Source of the DNA: Alphaproteobacteria bacterium
GTDB lineage: Bacteria; Pseudomonadota; Alphaproteobacteria; MPNO01
Assembly: GCA_965203455.1 (NCBI GenBank)
Contig: CBDBCV010000012.1
Location: 175,911-239,910 of the forward strand
DNA: 64,000 bases
Reading direction: 5' to 3'
Numbering within the stretch: the stretch's first letter is position 1; the number at the start of each line of letters is the position of its first letter. The position numbers were made by a program, and so were the translations under genes. Of the stretch, positions 17,878-28,903 are shown piece after piece. The notes below the pieces were generated by a model. That model saw only the letters and a list, made by a program, of their open reading frames with translations, had not been told where the DNA came from and did not search any database.

Positions 17878-20820
17878 AAGCATGGGCGGAGTCCTGGAGT
17901 CCGGCCCACGCGGCATCCGGCTCGAAGGCGGCGTGAACCCGGAACAGGCTTTCTTGCGGAACAGGAGAACCTGTCGTCCCGATGCCAAGGGAGACGGCCA
18001 ACCGGGCAGCCCCCGGAAGGCTCAGAGTACCGATGCGGGGCACAGGGGCAGAACAGCCCGTAGTAGGGATGAAGGCGCTGTAATGGCGCTGGACCGAAGG
18101 GGCTGTGGTGTTCAGCCGCTGCCGTCGGCCAACTGGTGACAGGAGGAGCCGGATGACAGGGGCAAAGCCGTTCCCGATAGCAAAGAGGGAAGTCTGGGAA
18201 GCCTTCAAGCATGTGAAGGCAAACCGGGGAGCGGCTGGAGTAGATGGGCAGACGGTCGAGAGTCTGGAGGAACGGCTTGGTCCGGAACTCTACAAGCTCT
18301 GGAATCGCATGTCCTCAGGCAGCTATATGCCGCCTCCGGTTCGCAGGGTGAACATCCCCAAGGAGGGCGGCGGGAAGCGCCCGTTGGGCATACCGACGGT
18401 CACGGACCGCATCGCTCAGGAGGTTGTTCGCCGACATCTGGAGCCCTTGTTGGAACCGATTTTCCATGAGGACTCATACGGATATCGGCCGAAGCGATCC
18501 GCCATTGACGCCATCCGGACAGCGCGTCGGCGATGCTGGCGCTACGACTGGGTGCTGGACATGGACATCAAGGGGTTCTTCGACAACATCGACCACGAGT
18601 TGCTGCTGAAGGCCGTTCGTCACCATACGGACTGCCGGTGGGTGCTGCTCTATGTCGAGCGCTGGTTGAAGGCTCCCGTGATCGAGGAGGACGGCACCGT
18701 TGTCGCACGGGACAGGGGCACGCCACAGGGCGGGGTAATTTCGCCAGTATTGTCCAACCTGTTCCTGCACTATGCGTTCGATCAATGGATGAAAAGGTCG
18801 ATGCCGCATGTTCCGTTCGAACGGTATGCGGACGATATAATCTGTCTGAGGTGGCGTCGGTTTGTCGGACAGGCTGACGGCGTTTTCAAGGTGTATTCCG
18901 GTTGAAGTTTGTGCCGCCAGAATCCTCTTGGATCGATCTTTCTGCTGCTGCTGTTGCGCCTGTGGGTATGTGGTCAAGGCGCGAAGCGGCTTGTCCATCA
19001 TATCCACAGGCGTGTCGCCCCGGTAGGCCTCGGCCGGCGTCCGCCCGCCGAGTGCCGAGTGCGGTCTCTCGGTGTTGTAGAAGCCGATCCACTGGCCGAT
19101 GACGCGCCGGGCTGCGAAGCCGTCGGCGATCTCGTGCAGGTAGACCGCCTCGTATTTGAGCGAGCGCCACAGCCGCTCGATGAAGATGTTGTCCATGCAC
19201 CGGCCGCGGCCGTCCATCGAGATGCGGATACCGGCCTCCCGCAGGCGCGCGGTGAAGGCGAAGCCGGTGAACTGGCTGCCCTGGTCGGTGTTGAAGATCT
19301 GCGGGGTGCCATGGCGCGCCAGGGCTTCGTCGAGAGCCTCGACACAGAACCCCGCGTCCAGCGTGTTCGACAGCCGCCAGGCCAGGACGCAGCGGCTCGC
19401 CCAGTCCATGATCGCCACCAGGTAGAGGAAGCCGCGCCGCACCGGGATGTAGGTGATGTCGGCGCACCACACATGGTTCGGCCGCTCGATCGCCAGACCC
19501 CGCAGCAGATATGGATAAACCCGGTGCCCGAGGTGCGGCGCACTGGTCCGCGGCGCCCGATAGACCGCCTGAAGACCAAGCAGGCGCATCAGGCGAGCGG
19601 CCCGCCGCCGCCCGATCCGCACCCCCTCGCGGCGCAGATGCCGAACCATCTGGCGGGCGCCGTAGAACGGATACTTGAGGAACAGCGCGTCGATCCGGCG
19701 CATCAGAGCCAGCGTCTCCGCGCTCTCCCCCTTCGGCCGGTCATAGAGCGACGAGCGCCCGATCGACAGCAGACGGCATTGCCGGGTCAGGCTCAACGAC
19801 GGGTGGCCCCGCACAACCATCGCCCGTCTCCCGGACCGGCTCAGCGACCGGACCCGCGTGACAAAAAATCACGCTCTACGATCAACTCCCCGATCTTGGC
19901 GTGAAGAGCCCGGACCTCGCTCTCGTGATCCCGCGCCCGGCGCTCACCTCCACCGGAAAAGACCTCCCCCAGACCCTCCATCGCCTGGCGCTTCCACACA
20001 CCCACCTGGTTCGGATGCACCTGGTGCTTCGAGGCAATCTCCTGAAGCGTCCGATCACCCCGTAGCGCCTCCAAGGCTATCTTCGCCTTCAGCTCCCCCG
20101 AAAACCTGCGTCGCTTGCTCATCCGCATTCCTCCGTCACACGGCAGAATACACCTTGACGACATGTCCGATTTTGCGACGCCACCTCAGCCATTGTCGAA
20201 CGGAGGAGGCGGCAAAGACCCTCTGGCGGCGGGTTGCGGACCGATTGGCCGAGTGCGGCCTGGAGGTCCATCCGCAGAAGACCAAGGTGGTCTACTGCAA
20301 GGATACCAACCGCAAGGCGGACTACCCGACGGTCGCGTTCGACTTCCTGGGCTACCGTTTCCAGCCAAGGTTCGCGGCGTGGCGCGGCGGGTTGTTCGGG
20401 GTCTCGTTCCTTCCGGCTGCCAGCCCGACTGCGCTCAAGGCGTTTCGGCGCCGCGTGCGACAGTGGCGTTTGCAACGGCGTAGCGACAAGGCACTGCTTG
20501 ACCTTGCCCGCATGTTTCATCGCGAAATTGCAGGGTGGATCGGCTACTTCGGCGCATTCTACAAGTCGGCGCTCTATCCGACCCTTCGTCTGATAGACGC
20601 CCACTTGCAGCGATGGGCAATGCGGAAGTTCAAACGCTTCCGACAACGACCGCGTCAGGCTCGTCTCTGGCTTGCCAGAATCGCGAAAGCGGAGCCGTGG
20701 CGGTTCGCCCATTGGACCCTTGTGCACGGGCAGGGCCGGACGCTGGGAGCCGTATGAGCTGAGAGGTTCACGTACGGTTCTGGGAGCGCGTGGGGGTGAG
20801 ATTCCCCCGCGCGACTCGCT
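17878..20820 (+). mobile_element. Second group II intron copy, 5'-truncated and RT disrupted by IS3
   Basis: Matches copy 1 but lacks about 260 nt of 5' end; RT 18153-20757 broken just after YADD. Confidence 0.9.
18847..20188 (-). mobile_element. IS3-family element copy 1
   Basis: TGAGGTGGCGTC...GACGCCACCTCA ends; orfA HTH and orfB with WCADITY, NTDQGSQF, IERLWRSLKYE. Confidence 0.95.
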
Positions 20821-21822
20821 TGCCGCTCTACCGCCAGTCCCGCATCTTCGCCCGCGACGGCGTCGAGCTCGACCGCTCGACGCTCGCCGGCTGGGTCGGC
20901 AAGGCGACGGCGCTGCTGGAGCCCCTGGCCGATGCGATCGGGCGCCATGTGCTGGAAGGACAAGCCCTGTTCGCCGACGACACCCCGGTCAAGCTGCTGG
21001 CGCCGGGAACCGGCAAAACGGCGACCGGCCGGGCCTGGACCTACGTGCGGGACGAGCGGCCCTGGGCTGGCGAGGCGCCGCCGGCGGCCTGGTACCGCTT
21101 CTCGGCCGACCGCAAGGCGGCGCATCCGAAGGCGCATCTTGAAGGCTTCGCCGGCTGGATGCACTCGGACGGCTATGCCGGGTTCGGTGCGCTGGCGCGC
21201 GCCGGGCCGGTCCGCGAGGTGGCCTGTCTGGCGCATGTGCGACGCAAGTTCTTCGACGTCCATGCCGCCCAGGGCTCGGCGATCGCCGCCGAGGCGCTGG
21301 AACGGATCGCCGCCCTCTACGCTATCGAGAAGGAGGCCCGCGGGCAGCCGCCCGAGAACCGCGCGGCCATCCGCCAGGCCAAGGCCGCGCCGTGCCTCGA
21401 CGAGCTGGAGCGGTGGCTGCAATCGCAGCTGCCCAGAATCTCCGCCAAGACCCCGCTGGCAGCGGCGATCCGTCATGCCCTGACCCGGATGAAGCGCCTT
21501 CGACCCTATCTCGAGCACGGCTTCCTCGAGATCGACAACAACCCCGCCGAACGCGCAATGAGGCCGATCGCGCTCGGCCGCAAGAACTATCTCTTCATGG
21601 GCTCGGCCAGCGGCGGCAGGGCCGCCGCCATCGCCTACACCCTGATCGAGACCGCCAGGCTCAACGATGTCGATCCGCAGGCCTGGCTTGCTCAGGTCCT
21701 CGAACGCATCCCCGACTACAGGATCAACCGCATCGACGATCTGCTGCCGTGGAACACCGCGCCCGCAGAAGATCGGGAAGCCGCCGACTGACCACGCAGG
21801 GGCGGTCACGCCGGACGCTTAC
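20821..21822 (+). mobile_element. tnpC: 3' half of IS66 (tnpC 3' exon variant B to 21791, plus right IR)
   Basis: LPLYRQS..FADDT..ACLAHVRRKF..IDNNPAER..GRKNYLF; IR GGCGGTCACGCCGGACGCTTAC matches the 13779 end. Confidence 0.85.
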
Positions 21823-22078
21823 GATGCGTCCATAGAGGTATGCAAGCCACCGGACCCAAAAAAACACCATGCCACGGCGTGCAGGGAGAGCTGGCGAAAT
21901 TTACGAAGAGGTGCACGGTCTCGATACCGAACTTGCGGAATCCCAGGTCCCTTCTTCGTCGAATCGGGAGCGGCCTCACGATCGAGACATAGGTTCGCGC
22001 ATCGGCCGGTTTTAGGCCAGAATCGGCCGAACCGTCGTTTCGCGCCAATGCCGACGCAGCCGAAGGCGGCAATTGCCC

Positions 22079-24462
22079 ATGAACGAAATTCCTCCTGTAT
22101 TCGTATTCAGCACCGGGCGGTGTGGATCCACAGTGATTTCACAAATGCTCAACAAGCACCCCGACATCCTCAGCTTGTCGGAGTTTTTTTCGGTGCTGGG
22201 CCTGAGGGCGTTCGTCGGCAAGAAAGTCTCCGGCGATTGGATGTGGCGCTTATACAGCGAGCCCGCGCAGCGAACGAGCATTGAGGTGGCGTCGCAAAAT
22301 CGGACAGGTCGTCAAGGTGTATTCCGCCGTGTGACGGAGGAATGCGGATGAGCAAGCGACGCAGGTTTTCGGGGGAGCTGAAGGCGAAGATAGCCTTGGA
22401 GGCGCTACGGGGTGATCGGACGCTTCAGGAGATTGCCTCGAAGCACCAGGTGCATCCGAACCAGGTGGGTGTGTGGAAGCGCCAGGCGATGGAGGGTCTG
22501 GGGGAGGTCTTTTCCGGTGGAGGTGAGCGCCGGGCGCGGGATCACGAGAGCGAGGTCCGGGCTCTTCACGCCAAGATCGGGGAGTTGATCGTAGAGCGTG
22601 ATTTTTTGTCACGCGGGTCCGGTCGCTGAGCCGGTCCGGGAGACGGGCGATGGTTGTGCGGGGCCACCCGTCGTTGAGCCTGACCCGGCAATGCCGTCTG
22701 CTGTCGATCGGGCGCTCGTCGCTCTATGACCGGCCGAAGGGGGAGAGCGCGGAGACGCTGGCTCTGATGCGCCGGATCGACGCGCTGTTCCTCAAGTATC
22801 CGTTCTACGGCGCCCGCCAGATGGTTCGGCATCTGCGCCGCGAGGGGGTGCGGATCGGGCGGCGGCGGGCCGCTCGCCTGATGCGCCTGCTTGGTCTTCA
22901 GGCGGTCTATCGGGCGCCGCGGACCAGTGCGCCGCACCTCGGGCACCGGGTTTATCCATATCTGCTGCGGGGTCTGGCGATCGAGCGGCCGAACCATGTG
23001 TGGTGCGCCGACATCACCTACATCCCGGTGCGGCGCGGCTTCCTCTACCTGGTGGCGATCATGGACTGGGCGAGCCGCTGCGTCCTGGCCTGGCGGCTGT
23101 CGAACACGCTGGACGCGGGGTTCTGTGTCGAGGCTCTCGACGAAGCCCTGGCGCGCCATGGCACCCCGCAGATCTTCAACACCGACCAGGGCAGCCAGTT
23201 CACCGGCTTCGCCTTCACCGCGCGCCTGCGGGAGGCCGGTATCCGCATCTCGATGGACGGCCGCGGCCGGTGCATGGACAACATCTTCATCGAGCGGCTG
23301 TGGCGCTCGCTCAAATACGAGGCGGTCTACCTGCACGAGATCGCCGACGGCTTCGCAGCCCGGCGCGTCATCGGCCAGTGGATCGGCTTCTACAACACCG
23401 AGAGACCGCACTCGGCACTCGGCGGGCGGACGCCGGCCGAGGCCTACCGGGGCGACACGCCTGTGGATATGATGGACAAGCCGCTTCGCGCCTTGACCAC
23501 ATACCCACAGGCGCAACAGCAGCAGCAGAAAGATCGATCCAAGAGGATTCTGGCGGCACAAACTTCAACCGGAATACACCTTGAAAACGCCGTCAGCCTG
23601 TCCGACAAACCGACGCCACCTCACATCACCGCACGGGAATATCCCGGCGGATTGCTTTATCCCTTCGACGATCCCAAAGCGCGCTTCGACGCCACCACGT
23701 TGCCGCCCATCATGGCGGTAGCGCTGCCGCACGTCACCGATCGTTACGAGGACCTCTACGACGAAGTTGAGCGGTTCGTGCGCGCGCAACCGAAGGCGCT
23801 GCCCGGCGACCATTTCCGCGCACTGTTCAACTGGCTCACCGCGCGTCTCGGAAAGAAATTGTGGATCGAGCGTAGTGGCGGGTCCCTTTTTATGGCTTCT
23901 CGTCTGCTACGTCATTTTCCCGAGGCACGGGTCGTGCACTTGTTTCGCGTTTCGCGACGGGCGTGAAACGACGCTCTCGATGAGCAATCATCCGCCCACC
24001 CGCATGGGGCTCGCATTGACGCGCAGGGCCAGAAGGCGGGGCATCGACCTATACCGATTGGTGGAAAGGCTTGAGCGCAGCGATCGTCTGACCTACATGC
24101 TGGTGACATGGAGACGACAGCGGACCAGTGTCGACAAACTGCTATCCGAGCAGATACCTCTGCCCGAGGTTGCCGAACTCTGGGCAAACATGATCGAAAC
24201 CGGTGACCGGGTGTTCGGTCATTTCGGTCCTGACCGCTTGTTCAACCTACGGTTCGAGGACATGCAGGCGAATGCGGAACGGGAAGCGCGTCGCCTCGTC
24301 AGATTCATTTCGCCCGAGTTGGAAAACGAGGCTTGGATTGATGAAGTTGCCAGTATTCCACGTCAGACCCATTCCAAGTTCGCGAGCCTCGACTCCGATA
24401 TGCAGCGTGCGATCACCGAGGTGTGTCGCCCGGGACTGGAGCGCCTTGGCTATCATGCTTGA
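22079..24462 (+). pseudogene. Sulfotransferase family gene, IS3-interrupted and frameshifted
   Basis: STGRCGST 5'-PAPS loop; VVHLFR-DGRE 3'-motif broken by tandem GTTTCGC; LRFEDM. Confidence 0.8.
22282..23623 (+). mobile_element. IS3-family element copy 2
   Basis: Same TIRs; CAT target duplication. Confidence 0.95.
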
Positions 24463-24622
24463 GCCTGAGGTCTGATCCGCGTGCACTGAAGCACCGTGCC
24501 CGGACCGTGCCCTCAACTGTGCGCCCAAGGTTCTTGCGGTTACCCTTTCTCGCTTGTAACCGTTTCACCAAGAAGAAGTGATAACCCTAATGGCCCGACC
24601 TGGCGCTGTTCCGCGATAACCG

Positions 24623-27600
24623 ATGTTCGGCAAAGGCTTGATCCGCCTATTCGTGCGGCACCGCAACGCCGCCAACCTGCTGATGGTCCTGATCTTCGTC
24701 GCGGGCGCGTTTTCGCTGTCGAAGCTGAACACACAGATCTTTCCCGATTTCGGCGTTGACGTGATCTCGATCCAGGTGAACTGGCCGGGCGCGAGCGCCG
24801 GCGACGTCGAAGCCAACCTCCTGGAAGCGATCGAGCCGGAAGTGCGGTTCCTGGACGGCGTCGACCGGGTGACGTCCTACGCCACGGAAGGCGTGGGGCG
24901 GGTGGTCGTCGAATACGCGGCGGGCACCGACATGCAGTCGGCGCTGTCCGAAGCCGAGGCGGCGCTGCAGCAGATAACCATCCTGCCGGAGGACAGCGAA
25001 CGGCCGGTGGTCCGCCGCATCGTCCGCTACGACACGATCGTGCGTCTGGTCCTCTCGGGTCCGTATTCCGAAGCCGTGCTGAAACGCCAGGCGAAGCGGA
25101 TGCGCGACGGCTTGCTGGCGGCCGGGATCGACCGGGTGGAGTTTTTCGGCGCGCGCGACGAGGAAATTCTGGTCGAGATCGAGCCCAGGGTTCTGCGCCA
25201 GCTCGATCTGACTCCGGCGGCGGTGGCCGCGCGCATCGGAGCCAGCAACCGGGATATTCCATCGGGCAACCTCGAAGGCTCCATGGAAAAGCAGTTGCGG
25301 AGCGTCGGCCTGCAGACCACGTCGCGCGATCTCGGAAGCATCGAGATCAGGTCGCTCGATGACGGCCAGAAGATCTTCCTGCGCGATATCGCGGCCCTTT
25401 CGGAGACGTTCGATGAAGGGGCGCCGATCGGGTTGCGAAACGGCCAGCCCGCGATCGAACTGCACGTGCAGCGGTCACCGACCGCCGATGCTCTCGAAGT
25501 GGGCGGAATCGTGGACCGCTACCTCGTCGAGGCACGCGGCAACTATCCGCCGGAGCTCCGTATCGAGCAGTACGACGCCCAGGCCGACCTGATCGGGCAG
25601 CGCGTCGACGTCCTCCTCGACAATGGGCTGACCGGACTGGTCCTGGTAATGGCGGTGCTCCTGGTGTTTCTCAACGCCCGCACCGCGTTCTGGGTGGCGG
25701 TCGGCATTCCCACCGCGTTCATGGCCGCGCTGGCGACGATGATGGCGCTCGGGGAGAGCATCAACATGCTCACCCTGTTCGCGCTGATCATGACCCTTGG
25801 CCTCATCGTCGACGACACGATCGTCGTCGGCGAACACGCGGCGGCGCAACGCGAGGCCGGCCTCGGTGCGCGCCAGGCGGCGGAAGCGGGTGCCCTTCGC
25901 ATGCTGGCGCCGGTGATGGCCGCCTCGCTGACGACGGTCGCCGCGTTTCTCCCGCTGGTCGCGATGGGCGGCATCATCGGCCAGATCGTCGGCGCCATCC
26001 CGCTAGTCGTGGTCGCGGTCATTCTCGCCAGCCTTGTCGAGTGCTTTCTGGTGTTGCCGGGCCATTTGCGCGAGTCGCTGAAGAAGCACGGCGGACAGCG
26101 CAACTTCGTGATGCGTCGGTTCGATGCGGGCTTCGACCGGTTTCGCGCCGGCCTGTTCCAGCGGGCGGTCCGGTTCTGCGTGCGCTGGCGCTACGCGACG
26201 GTCGCCACGGCCCTGGCGTTCTTCCTGGTGTCGGCCGGACTGGTGCTGGGCGGCCGGGTGGGATTCCATTTCTTCCCCTCTCCGGAGGCCGACGTTGTGG
26301 TGGGGAACGTCGTGATGGCGCCCGGCACGCCGCGCCTGGACACTGCCGCGATGGTCCAGGAACTGTCGGAAGCAGTTGACAGGACAGTTGCCCGGCTAAC
26401 CGGAGAAAGCACCGGGCTCGTCGCCATGAGTTTCGGCAGCGTGGGGCGCAGCGGGGGCAGGCGCTTCGCGCGGATCACGGGCGATCAATACGGCGGTTTG
26501 ACCGTGGAACTGGTGCCCTCCGACGAGCGCTCGGTCCGCACCGACGAGTTTATCGAGGCATGGCGCGAGGAAATCCGACCGCTGCCCAATGTCGAACAGA
26601 TCAACATCAACGCGCGCGCGGTCGGCCCCCCGGGCCGCGAAATCGACATTCGCCTGCGCGGCGGCGGCGCCGCCGACCTCAAGGCCGCGGCCACGGAAGT
26701 CAGGAACCTGTTGGGACGCTTTCCGGGCGTCAGTTCGCTCGACGACGATCTTCCCTACGGCAAGCAGGAGCTGATCCTGGAGGTGACACCGCGCGGCCAG
26801 GCGCTCGGCTTTACTACCCAGAGCGCCGGGCTGCAGGTAAGGAACGCGTTCCAGGGCGCCATCGCCCAGCGCTTCGCGCGCGGCGACGAGGAGGTCGCGA
26901 TCAAGGTGCGCTATCCGCGCCGGCGCTCGGACAGCGCCTCGTTCCTCAACCTCTTCCTGCGCGCTCCGGACGGGACGGAAGTGCCCTTGAGCGAAGTCGT
27001 CACGCTCCGTCAGGAGCGCGGGTTCTCCCGCCTTCGCCGGGAGGACGGGGCGCGGGAAGTCGCCATCACCGGGGAAATCGACGAGACGGTCACCAGTCTC
27101 GGCGCCCTGCTCCCGGCGATCGTCGAAGGCGGACTCGCGGACATCGCAAACCGCTACGGCCTCAGCTACAAGTTCAAGGGAAAGGCCGAGGAACAATCGG
27201 AGTCCGCCACCGACATGCTCGCCGGCGCGACCGTCGGCCTTCTCGCCATCTACATCGTGCTGGCCTGGGTGTTCGCCAACTTCACCCGGCCGGTCATCGT
27301 GATGGCGATCATCCCGTTCGGCTTCGTGGGGGCGGTGCTGGGACACCTCGCGCTGGGCTTCGACCTGACGATCCTCAGCATCTTCGGCCTGCTGGGCCTG
27401 GCCGGGATCCTGGTCAACAACTCCATCATCCTGGTGCGCACCGTCGACCAGCACATCGACGACGAAACGCCGCTCCGCGATGCCATCGTCATGGGATGCC
27501 GCGAACGTCTGCGCCCTGTGCTGCTGACCTCGTTGACCACGATCGGCGGCCTCGTGCCTCTGCTGTTCGAGCGCAGCTTTCAGGCCCAGTTCCTGATCCC

Positions 27601-27718
27601 GATGGCGATCACGATCGTGTTCGGTCTGACCCCCTCCCTTCTCGTCATCGACGAGGACATCCGCTCGATTTTCCGGCGTCTCCGGCGGCGGCGGAGCGAT
27701 GCTCCGGCGGAGGCCTGA
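24623..27718 (+). CDS. RND efflux transporter permease (AcrB/AcrD/AcrF family)
   Basis: 1031 aa; GLIVDDTIVVGE, GILVNNSIILV, RLRPVLLTSLTT. Confidence 0.9.
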   Translation: MFGKGLIRLFVRHRNAANLLMVLIFVAGAFSLSKLNTQIFPDFGVDVISIQVNWPGASAGDVEANLLEAIEPEVRFLDGVDRVTSYATEGVGRVVVEYAAGTDMQSALSEAEAALQQITILPEDSERPVVRRIVRYDTIVRLVLSGPYSEAVLKRQAKRMRDGLLAAGIDRVEFFGARDEEILVEIEPRVLRQLDLTPAAVAARIGASNRDIPSGNLEGSMEKQLRSVGLQTTSRDLGSIEIRSLDDGQKIFLRDIAALSETFDEGAPIGLRNGQPAIELHVQRSPTADALEVGGIVDRYLVEARGNYPPELRIEQYDAQADLIGQRVDVLLDNGLTGLVLVMAVLLVFLNARTAFWVAVGIPTAFMAALATMMALGESINMLTLFALIMTLGLIVDDTIVVGEHAAAQREAGLGARQAAEAGALRMLAPVMAASLTTVAAFLPLVAMGGIIGQIVGAIPLVVVAVILASLVECFLVLPGHLRESLKKHGGQRNFVMRRFDAGFDRFRAGLFQRAVRFCVRWRYATVATALAFFLVSAGLVLGGRVGFHFFPSPEADVVVGNVVMAPGTPRLDTAAMVQELSEAVDRTVARLTGESTGLVAMSFGSVGRSGGRRFARITGDQYGGLTVELVPSDERSVRTDEFIEAWREEIRPLPNVEQININARAVGPPGREIDIRLRGGGAADLKAAATEVRNLLGRFPGVSSLDDDLPYGKQELILEVTPRGQALGFTTQSAGLQVRNAFQGAIAQRFARGDEEVAIKVRYPRRRSDSASFLNLFLRAPDGTEVPLSEVVTLRQERGFSRLRREDGAREVAITGEIDETVTSLGALLPAIVEGGLADIANRYGLSYKFKGKAEEQSESATDMLAGATVGLLAIYIVLAWVFANFTRPVIVMAIIPFGFVGAVLGHLALGFDLTILSIFGLLGLAGILVNNSIILVRTVDQHIDDETPLRDAIVMGCRERLRPVLLTSLTTIGGLVPLLFERSFQAQFLIPMAITIVFGLTPSLLVIDEDIRSIFRRLRRRRSDAPAEA

Positions 27719-27846
27719 CGGAGACACGTCTCTCCTCGACGCCCCACCGCCCTCCCCGCCGCTGTTGCCAAGGCCGGGCCGGAGAGTCACGCTGCGCACC
27801 CGGATCGCAACCGGGAACGCAGGGGAACGAATTGGAGGGGAGCATC

Positions 27847-28872
27847 ATGATCAGGACGTTCGTCACCGCGGGATTTGCCGCGCTCGCGACCGTCGCCGCC
27901 CCGGCGGCGATTTCCGCCGATCCCATCGCCGATTTCTTCAAGGGCAGGACCGTCAAGCTGATCTCGGGCGGCAGCGCGGGCGGCGGATTCTCCACCGCCG
28001 CGAGGGTGCTGGCGGAAACCTGGGAGAAACATATCCCGGGCAATCCGACGCTGATCGTGGACGCCAAGCCGGGCGCGGGCGGCGCCAAGCTGATGAGCTA
28101 CATGGCGAATGCCGCCAAGCGCGACGGAACCGAGATCGGCGCGGCGCTCCCGATCGCGGTGAACGCTCCGCTGCTCAGGAAGGTCAAGTTCGACCCGTCC
28201 AAATTCCACTGGCTCGGCTCGATCACGCCGATGACCGAGGTCTCGACCGTCTGGCACACCGCGCCCGCCAGGTCGATCGAGGAGGCGAAGAAGGTCGAGG
28301 TCATCATGGCGACCTCGAGCAAGCTGTCCTCGGCCTATCTGATTCCGGCCTTCATGAACGCGGTCGCCGGCACGAAGTTCAAGGTGGTGCCGGGCTACCG
28401 GGGCGCCGGCCCGATGAACAAGGCGATGGAGACCGGCGAGGTGCACGGAAGGGGCAGTTTCTACAACTCCTACGTCACCACCAAGCCGCACTGGATCAAG
28501 GAGGGGAAGATCGTCCAGCTGGTCCAGGTCGGACCCAGCCTGCCGGACCTCAAGGGCGTTCCCAACATGCGCGATCTGGTGACCACCGACGAGCAGCGCC
28601 GGATGGTCGATTTCATGGAGGCGCCGGCCTATGTCGGGCATGGTTTCTTCGCGCCCGATGGAACGCCGGCCGACCGGGTGGCGGCGCTCCGCAAGTCCTT
28701 CTGGGCGGCGGTCAACGACCCCGCCTTCCGCGCCGACGCGAAGAAGCGGGGGATGGTGGTGAACCCGCTGAAAGCGGACAAGATCCAGCAGGTGATCGGA
28801 ACCGCGATGGCGACCCCCGAACCCATCCTCGCCAAGTTCCGCGAGATGGTGAAGCTGAAGCCCAGGAAGTAG
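27847..28872 (+). CDS. Bug/TctC-like tripartite tricarboxylate transporter substrate-binding protein
   Basis: Signal peptide; GGSAGGG, KPGAGG, VPGYRG, AMETGEVHG. Confidence 0.8.
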   Translation: MIRTFVTAGFAALATVAAPAAISADPIADFFKGRTVKLISGGSAGGGFSTAARVLAETWEKHIPGNPTLIVDAKPGAGGAKLMSYMANAAKRDGTEIGAALPIAVNAPLLRKVKFDPSKFHWLGSITPMTEVSTVWHTAPARSIEEAKKVEVIMATSSKLSSAYLIPAFMNAVAGTKFKVVPGYRGAGPMNKAMETGEVHGRGSFYNSYVTTKPHWIKEGKIVQLVQVGPSLPDLKGVPNMRDLVTTDEQRRMVDFMEAPAYVGHGFFAPDGTPADRVAALRKSFWAAVNDPAFRADAKKRGMVVNPLKADKIQQVIGTAMATPEPILAKFREMVKLKPRK

Positions 28873-28903
28873 CGCCGCGGATGGCCGGACCGGAGCCGCG
28901 CGG

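Noticed and set aside
21823-22078. Possible gene remnant between IS66 end and sulfotransferase
   Set aside because: No frame resembles the missing thioesterase half or any family I recognise.
22650-23966. IS3 OrfB-sulfotransferase fusion as a new protein (likewise 18474-19820)
   Set aside because: This IS3 OrfB lacks a stop inside the element and reads into whatever flanks it; tails differ in each copy.
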